A stretch of 64,000 nucleotides of DNA, from NCBI GenBank assembly GCA_027484685.1, contig JAIXSO010000026.1, forward strand, positions 18,406-82,405. The letters are read 5' to 3'. This document shows, piece by piece, positions 1 through 10,342 of the stretch. The DNA is from Bacteroidota bacterium (lineage in GTDB: Bacteria > Bacteroidota > Bacteroidia > UKL13-3). Made by a program: the position numbers and the translations under genes. Under the pieces are notes generated by a model, which was not told the origin of the DNA, did no database searches, and saw only the letters and a list, made by a program, of their open reading frames with translations. Every line of letters starts with the position of its first letter. Position 1 is the first letter of the stretch.

Positions 1-1
1 A

Positions 2-523
2 GTTTTTGAATACCTTGGAATTGAATTTATAGAACCTAAAATGATGACAGGTATTTCACTTGGCGCAGGACCAAATACGGCCAATCCCAATTTTTTAATT
101 TACTATAATAATGAAATTGTGGTCCCACAAAAATCGGTTATCATTTCAGCTACTTTTTGGGGTAATTATATTTTAACAAATAAGGGTAAAATTAAGCCTT
201 ATATTGGCGGAGGTGTTTCCATTTTTGATTGGCAACATGTTACACCTAAAATTAATGGGAAATCAGAAACATTATCAATTTTTGGAGGACAAATTTATCC
301 TGAATTGGGTTTTTTAATAGGTAAAAAACCAAATTACTGGCTCAAAATACATGGTTCATATAGGTATACTGGATATACAGCAGATTATTGGGGTGATAGC
401 TGGGATAACGATTCTACCTTTGGCCACAATATAAAAACCAATGATATTAGAATTGGAGTTACTATATTGATTAATCTATTACCTGAGTTTAAGCATAAAG
501 GAAGAATAATTGGGTTAAACTAA
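2..523 (+). CDS. C-terminal part of a secreted/outer-membrane beta-barrel-like protein (5' end outside the window)
   Basis: Open frame from the window edge. Alternating hydrophobic/aromatic beta-strand pattern rich in G/Y/W. No recognisable enzymatic motif. Confidence 0.4.
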   Translation, partial: VFEYLGIEFIEPKMMTGISLGAGPNTANPNFLIYYNNEIVVPQKSVIISATFWGNYILTNKGKIKPYIGGGVSIFDWQHVTPKINGKSETLSIFGGQIYPELGFLIGKKPNYWLKIHGSYRYTGYTADYWGDSWDNDSTFGHNIKTNDIRIGVTILINLLPEFKHKGRIIGLN

Positions 524-607
524 TATTACTATTTATTACACCAAACATATCATTGAAATTCAATTCTTTTAATTATAATTGACTATTTATTTTTAGTCAA
601 ATTATAA

Positions 608-1978
608 ATGAATAAAAAACTCAATTTATTAGATAGCATCATGCTGATTATGGGCAGTATGATTGGCTCAGGCATTTTTATAGTTTCGGCTGGCATGCTG
701 CGCGAGTTAGGAAGCCCAACTATGCTCATTTTAGCTTGGTTAGTTACAGCGGCTTTAACGCTAATGGCAGCTTTAAGCTATGGCGAATTAGCAGCTTTAA
801 TGCCCAAAGCAGGCGGTCAATATGTTTATTTAAAAGAGGCGTATTCGCCTTTATTTGGTTTTTTGTATGGCTGGACTTTATTTACCATTATTCAAACCGG
901 AACTATTGCCGCAGTGGCTGTTGGTTTTGCTAAATTTACTGGAGTTATTTTTCCTGTTTTTAGTGAAAAAAATATTTTATTCTCCTTACAATTTACGAGC
1001 AATTATACTTTGAATATCAGTGCTGCGCAATTATTGGGAATTGGGTTAATTGCTTTATTGACAGTATTTAACTTTGGTAAAGTAAAAAATGCAGCTTTGC
1101 TTCAAAATATTTTTACTATTGGTAAAATTGGCTCCTTGTTGTTCATTATTTTTGCTGGTTTGTATTTTATTTTAACCAATCAAACCCCAACAAACTTATC
1201 AACTCAATTAACTCCATCAACACAATCAACCATACCAAACCTTGGAATTTTTGCAGCAGCTTTAGTAGGTTCTATATTTAGTGCCGATGCTTGGAACAAT
1301 ATTACTTTTACTGCGGGCGAAATGGAAAATCCTAAACGTAACTTGCCATTATCGTTATTAATTGGAACAGGAAGTGTGTTGTTTTTATATGTATTGATTA
1401 ATTTTATTTATGTCAATGCACTTTCAATTAGCGAGATACAAAATGCGCAACAAGATAGAGTTGGAACACTTTTATTACAAAAAGTATTTGGAACCAATGG
1501 TGCAATTATAATGGCGGCATTAATTATGGTAAGTACTTTTGGTTGTGTTAATGGAATTATATTAAGTGGTTCAAGGGTTTATAAAGTAATGGCTGAAGAA
1601 GGATTATTTTTTAAACAAGCTGCGCAATTAAACAAACACCAATCACCTCAAAAATCGTTAACCTATCAGGCTATTTGGTCTAGTTTATTGGTACTTTCGG
1701 GTTCTTATGGCGATTTATTAGATTATGTGGTTTTTGCTGTTTTAATCTTTTATATTTTAACAGTGGGTGCTGTTTTTATTTTACGTAAAAAACAACCCAA
1801 TGTCGATAGGCCATACAAAGTAATTGCCTATCCATTTTTACCTGTTTTGTACATACTTATGGCATTAATTATTTGTATTAGTTTACTTATGTTTAAAACC
1901 GCTTTTGCCTTTACTGGCTTGTGTTTGGTTTTACTTGGCGTGCCCATTTATTATTTAGTAAAACCTAAAAATGCATAA
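608..1978 (+). CDS. APC-superfamily amino acid permease
   Basis: 456 aa with about 12 predicted TM helices. N-terminal 'GSGIF' signature typical of amino-acid/polyamine/organocation transporters. Confidence 0.85.
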   Translation: MNKKLNLLDSIMLIMGSMIGSGIFIVSAGMLRELGSPTMLILAWLVTAALTLMAALSYGELAALMPKAGGQYVYLKEAYSPLFGFLYGWTLFTIIQTGTIAAVAVGFAKFTGVIFPVFSEKNILFSLQFTSNYTLNISAAQLLGIGLIALLTVFNFGKVKNAALLQNIFTIGKIGSLLFIIFAGLYFILTNQTPTNLSTQLTPSTQSTIPNLGIFAAALVGSIFSADAWNNITFTAGEMENPKRNLPLSLLIGTGSVLFLYVLINFIYVNALSISEIQNAQQDRVGTLLLQKVFGTNGAIIMAALIMVSTFGCVNGIILSGSRVYKVMAEEGLFFKQAAQLNKHQSPQKSLTYQAIWSSLLVLSGSYGDLLDYVVFAVLIFYILTVGAVFILRKKQPNVDRPYKVIAYPFLPVLYILMALIICISLLMFKTAFAFTGLCLVLLGVPIYYLVKPKNA

Positions 1979-3110
1979 GTTATTATTTGCAATCATATTG
2001 TTTTTTTTAGTTGGCTATGCAAAAGCCAATAACGATAGTTTGTTGTACAAACGAACCAGTTATTTTTTACGCGCAAGTTTGCATAACGGTTCCATTTTTG
2101 CTCATTCTAAGCGAGTTGATTATTCAGCCAATGCGCCTGTTTTGGGTTTTGAAATTGAATTAATACGGCAACGATTAGACAATTTAGATGCCCATTATAA
2201 CCAAAAAGGTTTTGTATCTGGATTTGGACTTAATTTTTTCTATATCAATAACACTGTTATAAAAAATAATGTAAACGCGTTTTATACCCTTGAATCAAAT
2301 GTTTTAAAAACACAAAAATTAAACTTAGCAGTTAAAGCTTGTGCAGGTTTAAACTTTATTTCAAGTCCTTACGATTCGGTAAACAATCAAATCAATTGGT
2401 CGTACAGCAGTTATGTAAATGCTTTTTTAGCGTTGGGTTTAGTAGCTAATTTTCAACTCAATAATAATCAATCAATTGGTGCAAGATTGGCTTTTAATCA
2501 TTTTTCTAATGGGGCTATTAAAGATCCTAATTTAGGAGTTAATTTTTTTACAGGGGCATTGAGTTATCAATTTAAAATAGCTGATAATGTGAAACGTCCT
2601 TTAAATTTAAAACGAAGACTTAAACGATTTGAAGGAAGACCAAATTTACAGTTTACGGCTTTTGCTACTTATAAATCATCAACCGTTAATACCGAAAAGT
2701 TTTATTTAATAAATGGATTTGCTGCAAGTTATAATTTGCCATTTGGTGTAAAAAAAGGCCATAGTTTAGCAATAGGAGTAGAGTGGTTAGAAGATAGAGC
2801 CATTTCAGAATTATTTAATCATGCAAAAAGAACAAATGCAAATAATCAACGAGTGGGAATTACCGTTGGGCATGAGTTTTTGTTTCATCAGTTTACTTGG
2901 GGACAATATTTGGGTTATTATATTTTTAAAGATATTCCTGAAATGGATAATATTTATCACAGACACACCATAGCTTATAAACTAACCAAAAGTTGGAGCA
3001 TTGGTATATCGTTATTGGCTAATAACCAAAAAGCTAATTTTACCGATTTGCGGTTAACCTATAAATTAGTAAATAGAAAAAAGCCAGCTTGTATGTTGCC
3101 TGATTTTTAA
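1971..3110 (+). CDS. PagL-like lipid A deacylase / acyloxyacyl hydrolase domain protein
   Basis: Signal peptide and beta-barrel-like composition. 'NHFSNGA' matches the PagL catalytic H-x-S-N motif. Has a C-terminal extension relative to canonical PagL. Confidence 0.5.
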   Translation: MHKLLFAIILFFLVGYAKANNDSLLYKRTSYFLRASLHNGSIFAHSKRVDYSANAPVLGFEIELIRQRLDNLDAHYNQKGFVSGFGLNFFYINNTVIKNNVNAFYTLESNVLKTQKLNLAVKACAGLNFISSPYDSVNNQINWSYSSYVNAFLALGLVANFQLNNNQSIGARLAFNHFSNGAIKDPNLGVNFFTGALSYQFKIADNVKRPLNLKRRLKRFEGRPNLQFTAFATYKSSTVNTEKFYLINGFAASYNLPFGVKKGHSLAIGVEWLEDRAISELFNHAKRTNANNQRVGITVGHEFLFHQFTWGQYLGYYIFKDIPEMDNIYHRHTIAYKLTKSWSIGISLLANNQKANFTDLRLTYKLVNRKKPACMLPDF

Positions 3111-3210
3111 GAGTTTTTATTTAAATAAATTTTCAAAAACACTTTTTCGTACCTAGGCTGGGTTGTTTAAATCAATTTACAAGCTTATTATCGCGAGTTA
3201 AAATATTTTT

Positions 3211-3924
3211 ATGGCAAAACTATCTATTATAATTCCTGCTTATAACGAAGAAGCAACTATTCATAAAATACTTGAAAAAGTACATCAGGTAAAATTAATT
3301 GATAATATTGAAAAGGAAGTAATTATAGTTAACGATTGCTCAAAAGATAATACTGCAGCTAAAATTATTGCCCTTAAAAACGAAAAGTACGAATACATAA
3401 AATTTGTAGAGCATACTGTAAATAAAGGAAAAGGCGCTGCTATTCATACTGGGATTAAAGAAGCAAGTGGTGATTATATTATAGTGCAAGATGCTGATTT
3501 AGAGTATGATCCAAATGAGTATAATATTTTACTTAAACCAATTGTTGATGGTTTTGCGGATGTAGTTTATGGTTCTCGTTTTATGGGAGGTAAACCTCAT
3601 CGTATTTTATTCTTCTGGCATTCAATTGGAAATGCAGTACTTACGTTTATGAGCAATATGTTTACCAATTTAAATCTTACCGATATGGAAACTTGCTATA
3701 AATTATTTAAGGCAGATATTATTAAAGGTATTCAATTTAAGGAAAACAGATTTGGTTTTGAGCCTGAAGTTACGGCTAAAATTAGCCGAATTGAAAACAT
3801 AAGAATTTACGAAGTTGGTATTTCGTATTATGGTAGAACTTATGCAGAAGGTAAAAAAATAAACTGGAAAGATGGTTTCAGAGCTATTTTTTGTATTTTA
3901 AAATATGGTTTATTTAAAGCCTAA
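3211..3924 (+). CDS. GT2 glycosyltransferase, Dpm1-like soluble polyprenol-phosphate sugar synthase
   Basis: 237 aa. 'IIIPAYNEE...DCSKDNT...[10 protein letters not shown]' GT-A DxD-type motifs. No C-terminal TM segment. Confidence 0.75.
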   Translation: MAKLSIIIPAYNEEATIHKILEKVHQVKLIDNIEKEVIIVNDCSKDNTAAKIIALKNEKYEYIKFVEHTVNKGKGAAIHTGIKEASGDYIIVQDADLEYDPNEYNILLKPIVDGFADVVYGSRFMGGKPHRILFFWHSIGNAVLTFMSNMFTNLNLTDMETCYKLFKADIIKGIQFKENRFGFEPEVTAKISRIENIRIYEVGISYYGRTYAEGKKINWKDGFRAIFCILKYGLFKA

Positions 3925-3942
3925 TTTTAATTATTTCTACTT

Positions 3943-5355
3943 ATGTTTAAATCTGTTATTTTCAAAAATTCCTATCATTGGTTAGTTTTAGTACTAATTT
4001 GCTGTGTAGTTGCCTTTAAATGGGAAGCACTTGGTTTGCCTTTTTTTTGGGATGAAGCTTGGGTTTATATGCCTGCCATCAGAACTATGGCGGAACAGGG
4101 TCCTAGTATTATGCCTGCAAGTATTGATCCTGATTTATATACTGGCCATCCGCTATTATTTTATTGTTTAGCTTCAAGTTGGATAAAATTTTTGGGTTAC
4201 AGTTTGTTTAAAGCTCATTTGTTTCCTTTACTAATTTCCATTTCACTTTTAATAAGTATATATATTATAGTTTTTAAATGGACAAATAGTTGGTTTTCAG
4301 CATTTTTATCGGTTTTGTTATTAGCCACTCAACCTATATTTTTAGCCCAAAGCACCTTTTTATTAATTGAAGTTTGGCTGGCCTTATTATTTTTATGGTC
4401 GTTTTATTTTTACTTTAACCGCAATTGGTGGGGTTTTTCTATAACTGTTGTGCTTGCATTATGGAGTAAAGAAAGCGCATTTTGCTTGGTTCCTGCTTTT
4501 ATAATAATTGCTATTATTGAACTATTATACAAAACCATAACGCCTAAAGTTTTTGTAAAAATAGCATTATGTGTAGTTGTATTATTTTCGATTGGTTTTA
4601 GCTTTTTCATTATTCAAAAAGCAAAATTGGGTTGGTTGTTTTTTCCTCGTCATGCCAATTGGATTACCATGGCCGATTTTTTTGATAAAATAGAAGGTTC
4701 AGTTTTAATCATTTTTGTTTCGCAAGGGCGTAATCTTATTTACTTAATAACTTTAGTAGTATCAATTGTAAGTTTTGTTTTTTTTAAAAATAAATTGACT
4801 AAAAACCATCAAATAAAGTTATTGGCATTTTTAGTAATTACTACCGGTTTTATGTTATTTGCCTCCATTAACTTTTTCTCAGCTAGGTATTTATTTGCGG
4901 TTTTCCCATTGTTAATGATTGGCTGCTCTCTTTTGATAACTTCTGTACACAAATCTATTTTTCAATATGTTGTAATTCCTGTGTTTGCTATTATTGGATT
5001 GGTAAATATTAATAATAGTATTGAACATCCATATTTTGCAGATGTAGAAGTAAATTATACACGATTACTTAAAGCTCAAGTTGAATTTTGTAATTACATG
5101 GAGAGTATTCAGCCAAATGAAAGTATTTATGCCCCTTTTTTGGCATATACTAATTTAACCAATCCTTATGCTGGTTTTGTGCAAAAAAGCTTGAAAAATA
5201 TTAACCCTGTTTTGTTAGATACCTCCAATGTTTATTACATCAATACCTCAAACGAAACTTGTAAAGAGTTGGACAGTATGATAGCTAATAAAAATGTTTA
5301 CTTGGTAAAAAGGTTTGAAAATCATCAAGCTAAAGTTGAATTGTTTAAAAGATAA
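3943..5355 (+). CDS. GT-C fold membrane glycosyltransferase (GT39/PMT_2, ArnT-like)
   Basis: 470 aa polytopic membrane protein. 'FWDEAW' DE motif in the first periplasmic loop as in PMT/ArnT. Immediately follows a Dpm1-like GT2. Confidence 0.55.
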   Translation: MFKSVIFKNSYHWLVLVLICCVVAFKWEALGLPFFWDEAWVYMPAIRTMAEQGPSIMPASIDPDLYTGHPLLFYCLASSWIKFLGYSLFKAHLFPLLISISLLISIYIIVFKWTNSWFSAFLSVLLLATQPIFLAQSTFLLIEVWLALLFLWSFYFYFNRNWWGFSITVVLALWSKESAFCLVPAFIIIAIIELLYKTITPKVFVKIALCVVVLFSIGFSFFIIQKAKLGWLFFPRHANWITMADFFDKIEGSVLIIFVSQGRNLIYLITLVVSIVSFVFFKNKLTKNHQIKLLAFLVITTGFMLFASINFFSARYLFAVFPLLMIGCSLLITSVHKSIFQYVVIPVFAIIGLVNINNSIEHPYFADVEVNYTRLLKAQVEFCNYMESIQPNESIYAPFLAYTNLTNPYAGFVQKSLKNINPVLLDTSNVYYINTSNETCKELDSMIANKNVYLVKRFENHQAKVELFKR

Positions 5356-5361
5356 ATTAAT

Positions 5362-6786
5362 ATGAATTTTATTAGGCAAACTTCTTTTTTTTATTACACC
5401 TTAGCCATAATTGCAATTGCTCTGTTAATTATTTGTTTCTTGTTTGATGGCACTGGAGGAGGAGGAGATAGTGTTTATCATTTTCAATATGCAAAATTTG
5501 CAGCCCAGCATCCTGAAAACTTTTTCAATCATTGGGCTAAACCTTTATATACCATTTTTGCTTTTCCCTTTGCACAATTTGGTTTTATTGGAATTAAAGT
5601 ATTCAATGTATTAATGAGCTTGGTCTCGGCCTTTTTTACTTATAAAATCTTACAACATTTTAAAACTGCGAATGCACAGTTTATTGCAGTAGTTTTATTT
5701 TCAATAACACTTTTTGTCAATGTCACAGTTTCAGGTTTAACCGAACCTTTTTCTGCTGCATTATTAATGGTTTCCATTTATTTTTTAGTTAAAGATAAAA
5801 CAAGTTTAGGTCTATTTATTATTTCTTTTTTACCGTTTATTCGTTCCGAGGGCTTAATAATACTTGGAGTAGTTTTTGTTTACTTAATTGCCTCAAAAAA
5901 GCTCAAATGGAGTCCGTGGTTAATTTCAGGTCATTTAGTAATGTCGGTAATTGGTAGTTTTTATTACCATGATTTACTGTGGGTGTTTAACAAAATTCCA
6001 TACGCACATGTAAGCAGTGTTTATGGCATTGGTACATGGACTCATTTTATAGTTCAGCTATATTTTCAAATTGGGTTAATAGAATATGTTCTCTTTATTG
6101 TAGGTTGTATAGCAATGGTAATTACATTAATAAAATTAAAAGGTAACATGCCTTTTGTTAATGAAAAATTGTGGTTGATATACGGCTGTTTTTTTGCTTT
6201 TTTTACGGCTCATACTAGTTTTTGGGCGCTGGGTATTTTTAACTCAATGGGCTTGTCTCGAGTTTTTGTGAGTGTTATGCCACTTTTAGCAATTATTGTA
6301 ATTGATGGTTTAAACTATATTGAAAACCTGATACTTTTAGCAAATAAAAAATTAGCAATTACTGTTAAGTATGCGTTGATTACCATGTTGACCGTATTTC
6401 CTTTTTTACCAACACCAACTTCTTATAAACTTCCAGATGATTTTGAACTTGAACCTTCACAAGTTTTAATAAAAAATAGTTTAGTACCATATTTAAACAC
6501 TTATAAACCTAACAAAACAATAGTAATTGCTGATATTTCCGTTCCATTATTTAGTAATTTGGATCCTTTTGATAAGTCAAAAGTAAAAATGATTTATGAT
6601 GTAAAAGATTTTAATTCATTGGATTCAAACACTATACTGGTTTGGGATACTTGGCTTTCTGTTATGGAATTTGGTTTAACATTAGAAAAGTTAAATCAAT
6701 GTAATAACATAAAAATGGATACCATATTTCATATTCAAAGCAAGCAAGGCCGGGTAACTGAGTATGCTGTTTTTAGTAAAAAGTAA
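5362..6786 (+). CDS. GT-C fold membrane glycosyltransferase (PMT_2/ArnT-like), second copy
   Basis: 474 aa polytopic membrane protein with a first-loop 'GGGGDSVYHF' acidic motif. 6-bp gap to the preceding GT-C gene. Confidence 0.5.
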   Translation: MNFIRQTSFFYYTLAIIAIALLIICFLFDGTGGGGDSVYHFQYAKFAAQHPENFFNHWAKPLYTIFAFPFAQFGFIGIKVFNVLMSLVSAFFTYKILQHFKTANAQFIAVVLFSITLFVNVTVSGLTEPFSAALLMVSIYFLVKDKTSLGLFIISFLPFIRSEGLIILGVVFVYLIASKKLKWSPWLISGHLVMSVIGSFYYHDLLWVFNKIPYAHVSSVYGIGTWTHFIVQLYFQIGLIEYVLFIVGCIAMVITLIKLKGNMPFVNEKLWLIYGCFFAFFTAHTSFWALGIFNSMGLSRVFVSVMPLLAIIVIDGLNYIENLILLANKKLAITVKYALITMLTVFPFLPTPTSYKLPDDFELEPSQVLIKNSLVPYLNTYKPNKTIVIADISVPLFSNLDPFDKSKVKMIYDVKDFNSLDSNTILVWDTWLSVMEFGLTLEKLNQCNNIKMDTIFHIQSKQGRVTEYAVFSKK

Positions 6787-6789
6787 ATA

Positions 6790-7539
6790 CTATTTTTTAT
6801 TAAAAATTACCATTAATGAAACACCAAATGGTAATTTAATTCTTGGTTTAAGTAAAGCATTTTCCGCAATAAAAATTCCATACAATACTTTATTTAAAAA
6901 ACCTAATTCAAACATGCTATGGTCAGATCCACTGCCATCGCGTTTGAATAAATTGGGAAATTTGTTACTTAGCCACCTAACAGCGTAAATGGGTATAAAC
7001 AATATGGTGTTAAAGTACGAATGATAGGAAATGTGGCCTTTGTCTTTATCAAAAAGAGGTAGTAATGTTTTGTTGGTATAGCGTTTAAAATGATAATTTA
7101 TTTCATCGTGTTTGCTCCATAAATCCATAAAAGCCGGAACCGTAACAAATACTACACCTGCATTTTTACAAACCCTGACCATTTCATTTATTGCCAATTG
7201 GTCGTTTTCTACATGTTCTACCACATCAAAAGCACAAACTAAATCGAAAGAAGCATCAGCAAATTGTAAATCTAAAATACTACCTTGTTCTATATCAATG
7301 TTCAACTTTTGTTTAACAAAGTTATAGCAAACTTCATCGTACTCTATCGATTTTACCTTGCCAAATTGCTCCAACATAATGGAGGTTGCACCTGTAGCCA
7401 CACCAATATTTAAAATATTTAAATCGTTTCTATTATTAAATGTATTTTTTATTTGAGTTTTAAGTATTTCTAAACGCGCTGTAAACCACCAATTACTGCG
7501 TTCTAGTTCATAATATTCTTTGTAGTATTCTGGGGTCAT
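6790..7539 (-). CDS. Class I SAM-dependent methyltransferase
   Basis: 'LNIGVATGATS' glycine-rich motif I and 'DLVCAFDVVEHV' motif of the Methyltransf_11/23 family. Confidence 0.75.
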   Translation of the reverse strand: MTPEYYKEYYELERSNWWFTARLEILKTQIKNTFNNRNDLNILNIGVATGATSIMLEQFGKVKSIEYDEVCYNFVKQKLNIDIEQGSILDLQFADASFDLVCAFDVVEHVENDQLAINEMVRVCKNAGVVFVTVPAFMDLWSKHDEINYHFKRYTNKTLLPLFDKDKGHISYHSYFNTILFIPIYAVRWLSNKFPNLFKRDGSGSDHSMFELGFLNKVLYGIFIAENALLKPRIKLPFGVSLMVIFNKK

Positions 7540-7585
7540 GGCTTTATAATTTACTTAAATTAGTTTATACTTACTAAACTAATTT

Positions 7586-8740
7586 TTAGGTGTAATAAAA
7601 CTCAAAAATGGTTTTGGTAATCAAAATTAAATCTTCGTTGGTTAACTCGTAATACATAGGTAACCTCAAAAGATTATCACTGTAAAAGTCTGAATTTGGC
7701 AGTTCTCTGCCATCGTGTTTACTCAAATAATATGGCGATTTATGAAGCGATAAGTAATGAAAAACCGATAAAACATTATTCTTTTTCAGGGCGTTAATCA
7801 AGCCTTGTCTTTCGTATAAATTTTTGCAAATAATGTAAAACATATGGGCATTGTTACTAGCAAAAGCAGGCAAATAAGGTAATTTTAAATATCCTTTTTC
7901 TTCTAAACTTTTTAAAACTTTATAATAATAATTCCAAATTTCTTTGCGTTTGTTTTGTATATTTTCTAGGTTCTCTAATTGCGCAAAAAGAAATGCTGCA
8001 ATGATATCGGAAGGTAAAAACGAACTGCCCATATCTACCCAACCATATTTGTCAATTTCACCCCTAAAAAAAGCAGAACGATTGGTTCCTTTTTCTCGAA
8101 TAATTTCTGCTCTTGCCATAAATTGTTCATCATTTATTACCAACATACCTCCTTCACCAGCCATAATATTTTTGGTTTCATGAAACGAAAAAGCTGATAA
8201 ATGACCAATGCTTCCCAAAGGTTTGGTATTGCCGTTTTTGTCGGTATAATAACTATCAATGGCTTGAGCAGCATCTTCAATAACAAATAAATTGTATTTG
8301 TTAGCTAGTTCCATTATTGCATCCATATTGCAAGCTATTCCTGCATAATGAACAGGTACAATAGCTTTTGTTTTATTAGTTATTAAACTTTCTAATTTTG
8401 TAACATCCAAGTTAGGATTTAGAGCATTACTGTCGGCAAAAACAATTTTGGCACCTCTTAGTACAAAAGCGTTAGATGTAGAAACAAAAGTATACGAAGG
8501 CATAATAACTTCATCGCCAGCTTCAATATTAATAAGGATGGCAGCCATTTCCAATGCATCGGTGCACGAAGTTGTTAATAAGCATTTTTTGAATCCAAAT
8601 TTTTTCTGGAAAAATTCATGACATTGTTTGGTAAAGTTTCCATCACCTGAAATTTTACCTGAAGCTACTGCTTGATAAATATAATGATTTTCCTTGCCAG
8701 TAAGGTAAGGCTTATTAAAAGGAATATGTTTTACTTCCAT
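7586..8740 (-). CDS. DegT/DnrJ/EryC1/StrS family PLP-dependent sugar aminotransferase (WecE/ArnB-like)
   Basis: 384 aa. Conserved fold-type I sugar aminotransferase motifs including 'SFHETKN' with the PLP-binding lysine. Confidence 0.85.
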   Translation of the reverse strand: MEVKHIPFNKPYLTGKENHYIYQAVASGKISGDGNFTKQCHEFFQKKFGFKKCLLTTSCTDALEMAAILINIEAGDEVIMPSYTFVSTSNAFVLRGAKIVFADSNALNPNLDVTKLESLITNKTKAIVPVHYAGIACNMDAIMELANKYNLFVIEDAAQAIDSYYTDKNGNTKPLGSIGHLSAFSFHETKNIMAGEGGMLVINDEQFMARAEIIREKGTNRSAFFRGEIDKYGWVDMGSSFLPSDIIAAFLFAQLENLENIQNKRKEIWNYYYKVLKSLEEKGYLKLPYLPAFASNNAHMFYIICKNLYERQGLINALKKNNVLSVFHYLSLHKSPYYLSKHDGRELPNSDFYSDNLLRLPMYYELTNEDLILITKTIFEFYYT

Positions 8741-9423
8741 AAATGATAAATGTAAGTGGTTTTATTTATTGAAAAGCCATTATTTATATAAAATTTAAGA
8801 GCCCCTTGATTTTGTTTTTGAGTGGTAACGGTTACAGTATCTATTTTCTTTGAAATTGCATAATTTAATACATATGCTAATAGTTGTTTTCCAATTTTTA
8901 AACTTCTATATGCTTCATCTACTGCAATTAAACCAATATCATAAGCATTGTTTTTTAAGCCAATTGTTACGAAACCTACAACTTCATTATTGACTAAAAA
9001 TCCAATTACTTTTTCGGCATTTTTATGTGTTATTGATTGTTCAATCCAAGCAGCATATAGTTTTTCAAACTCGTTGTTTTTAAAGTTTGGGTCAATTTTA
9101 AACCTAGAAAGATGCCCACTTTGATAAGTTAAATTCAATAAGTTATTGTCAAGCTCAGTTAATTCAACAATGTTTTTATTCTGAAACCCATTAAAATTAA
9201 TCTTAGAAACTTGTAAACTTAAATCAATTTTTTCATCAGCTAAAAAAAGGTTGTTTTTTTTAACTATATCATCCGGTATAGCTTCATTACTAAAAAGATA
9301 TAATAACTTATAATCGTTTTTTGTCAATAAATCATAGTCTATTGAAATACTGTTAATCAATACTTTGCCTATTTTGTATCCAAAAAAATCAGTGTCCCAG
9401 TTTAATGTGTTAATTTCCATCAA
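8731..9423 (-). CDS. GNAT N-acetyltransferase (WecD/TDP-fucosamine acetyltransferase-like)
   Basis: 230 aa. C-terminal GNAT core 'VGFVTIG...IGLIAVDEAYRSLKIGKQLL'. Overlaps the aminotransferase gene. Confidence 0.6.
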   Translation of the reverse strand: MMEINTLNWDTDFFGYKIGKVLINSISIDYDLLTKNDYKLLYLFSNEAIPDDIVKKNNLFLADEKIDLSLQVSKINFNGFQNKNIVELTELDNNLLNLTYQSGHLSRFKIDPNFKNNEFEKLYAAWIEQSITHKNAEKVIGFLVNNEVVGFVTIGLKNNAYDIGLIAVDEAYRSLKIGKQLLAYVLNYAISKKIDTVTVTTQKQNQGALKFYINNGFSINKTTYIYHLWK

Positions 9424-10337
9424 AATGTTTTCTCGTCAATTAAATAAAGAGGCCTTTGTTTCATGCCTTCAAATGTTTTTCCAATATAAAGTCCAACAAT
9501 TCCTAGAATAAAAATAATCAGTCCTGAAAGAAACCAAATAGAAATAATAATGCTAGCATATCCAGTTACAGTAATAATGCCTGTAAGGTAAGCAAATACA
9601 TTATAAATAGCATATAAAAGCGAAATAATAGTAATTGAAAAACCAAGTTTAATGGCCATTTTCAAAGGTTTATCCGAATAAGCTATGGCAATATCTAAAG
9701 CCAAGTTTATTAATTTGCCCCAGCTGTAAGAGGTTTTTCCTTCAAATCTTTCTGCATGGGTTACATCTAAAGCTGATTTTTTAAATCCAACCCAACGCGC
9801 CATTGGCGAAAACGCACGCATTGATTCTCGCATGGAGTTAATTGAATTAATTACTTTCCGGCTATAAATTCCAAAGTTAGCTATAGTTCCATCTTGTTCA
9901 ATCCCCGATAAATAGGTAAAACCCTTATAAAACAATCTGGAAGTAAACGTTTTAATAAACTTATCTTGACGTTCCACCCTTCTAGCAAAAACAATATCAA
10001 ATCCTTTTTGTGCCTCATTGTATAAATTAGGAATTTCCTCAGGCCTATCTTGCAAATCGCAATCCATTACCACTATCCAATCGCCCTTGCTAGCATCTAA
10101 ACCCGCAGTAATAGCGTGGTGTTGACCAAAGTTTCTACTTAATTTAATTCCCTTTACTCTTTCATCATTTAAAGTCTCTGTTTTTACTTTTCCCCACGAG
10201 TTATCACCACCACAATCTTCTACTAAAATGATCTCAAAATCTTGTGTAATTTTAGATAACTCTACCTTTAATCTACTTACTAATTCAGGTACAATATTTT
10301 CAGCCTTATATACAGGACTAACTACAGAAATATGCAT
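9420..10337 (-). CDS. GT2 polyprenol-phosphate glycosyltransferase with C-terminal TM helices (ArnC/GtrB-like)
   Basis: 305 aa. GT-A motifs 'VEDCGGDNS', 'VVMDCDLQD'. Two C-terminal TM helices as in ArnC/GtrB. Confidence 0.75.
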   Translation of the reverse strand: MHISVVSPVYKAENIVPELVSRLKVELSKITQDFEIILVEDCGGDNSWGKVKTETLNDERVKGIKLSRNFGQHHAITAGLDASKGDWIVVMDCDLQDRPEEIPNLYNEAQKGFDIVFARRVERQDKFIKTFTSRLFYKGFTYLSGIEQDGTIANFGIYSRKVINSINSMRESMRAFSPMARWVGFKKSALDVTHAERFEGKTSYSWGKLINLALDIAIAYSDKPLKMAIKLGFSITIISLLYAIYNVFAYLTGIITVTGYASIIISIWFLSGLIIFILGIVGLYIGKTFEGMKQRPLYLIDEKTF

Positions 10338-10342
10338 AAAAA

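Noticed and set aside
6764-8183. Short ORFs antisense to the methyltransferase and aminotransferase genes (6764-6988, 7112-7327, 7944-8183)
   Set aside because: They overlap well-supported CDSs on the opposite strand and have no motifs. Typical shadow ORFs in AT-rich DNA.
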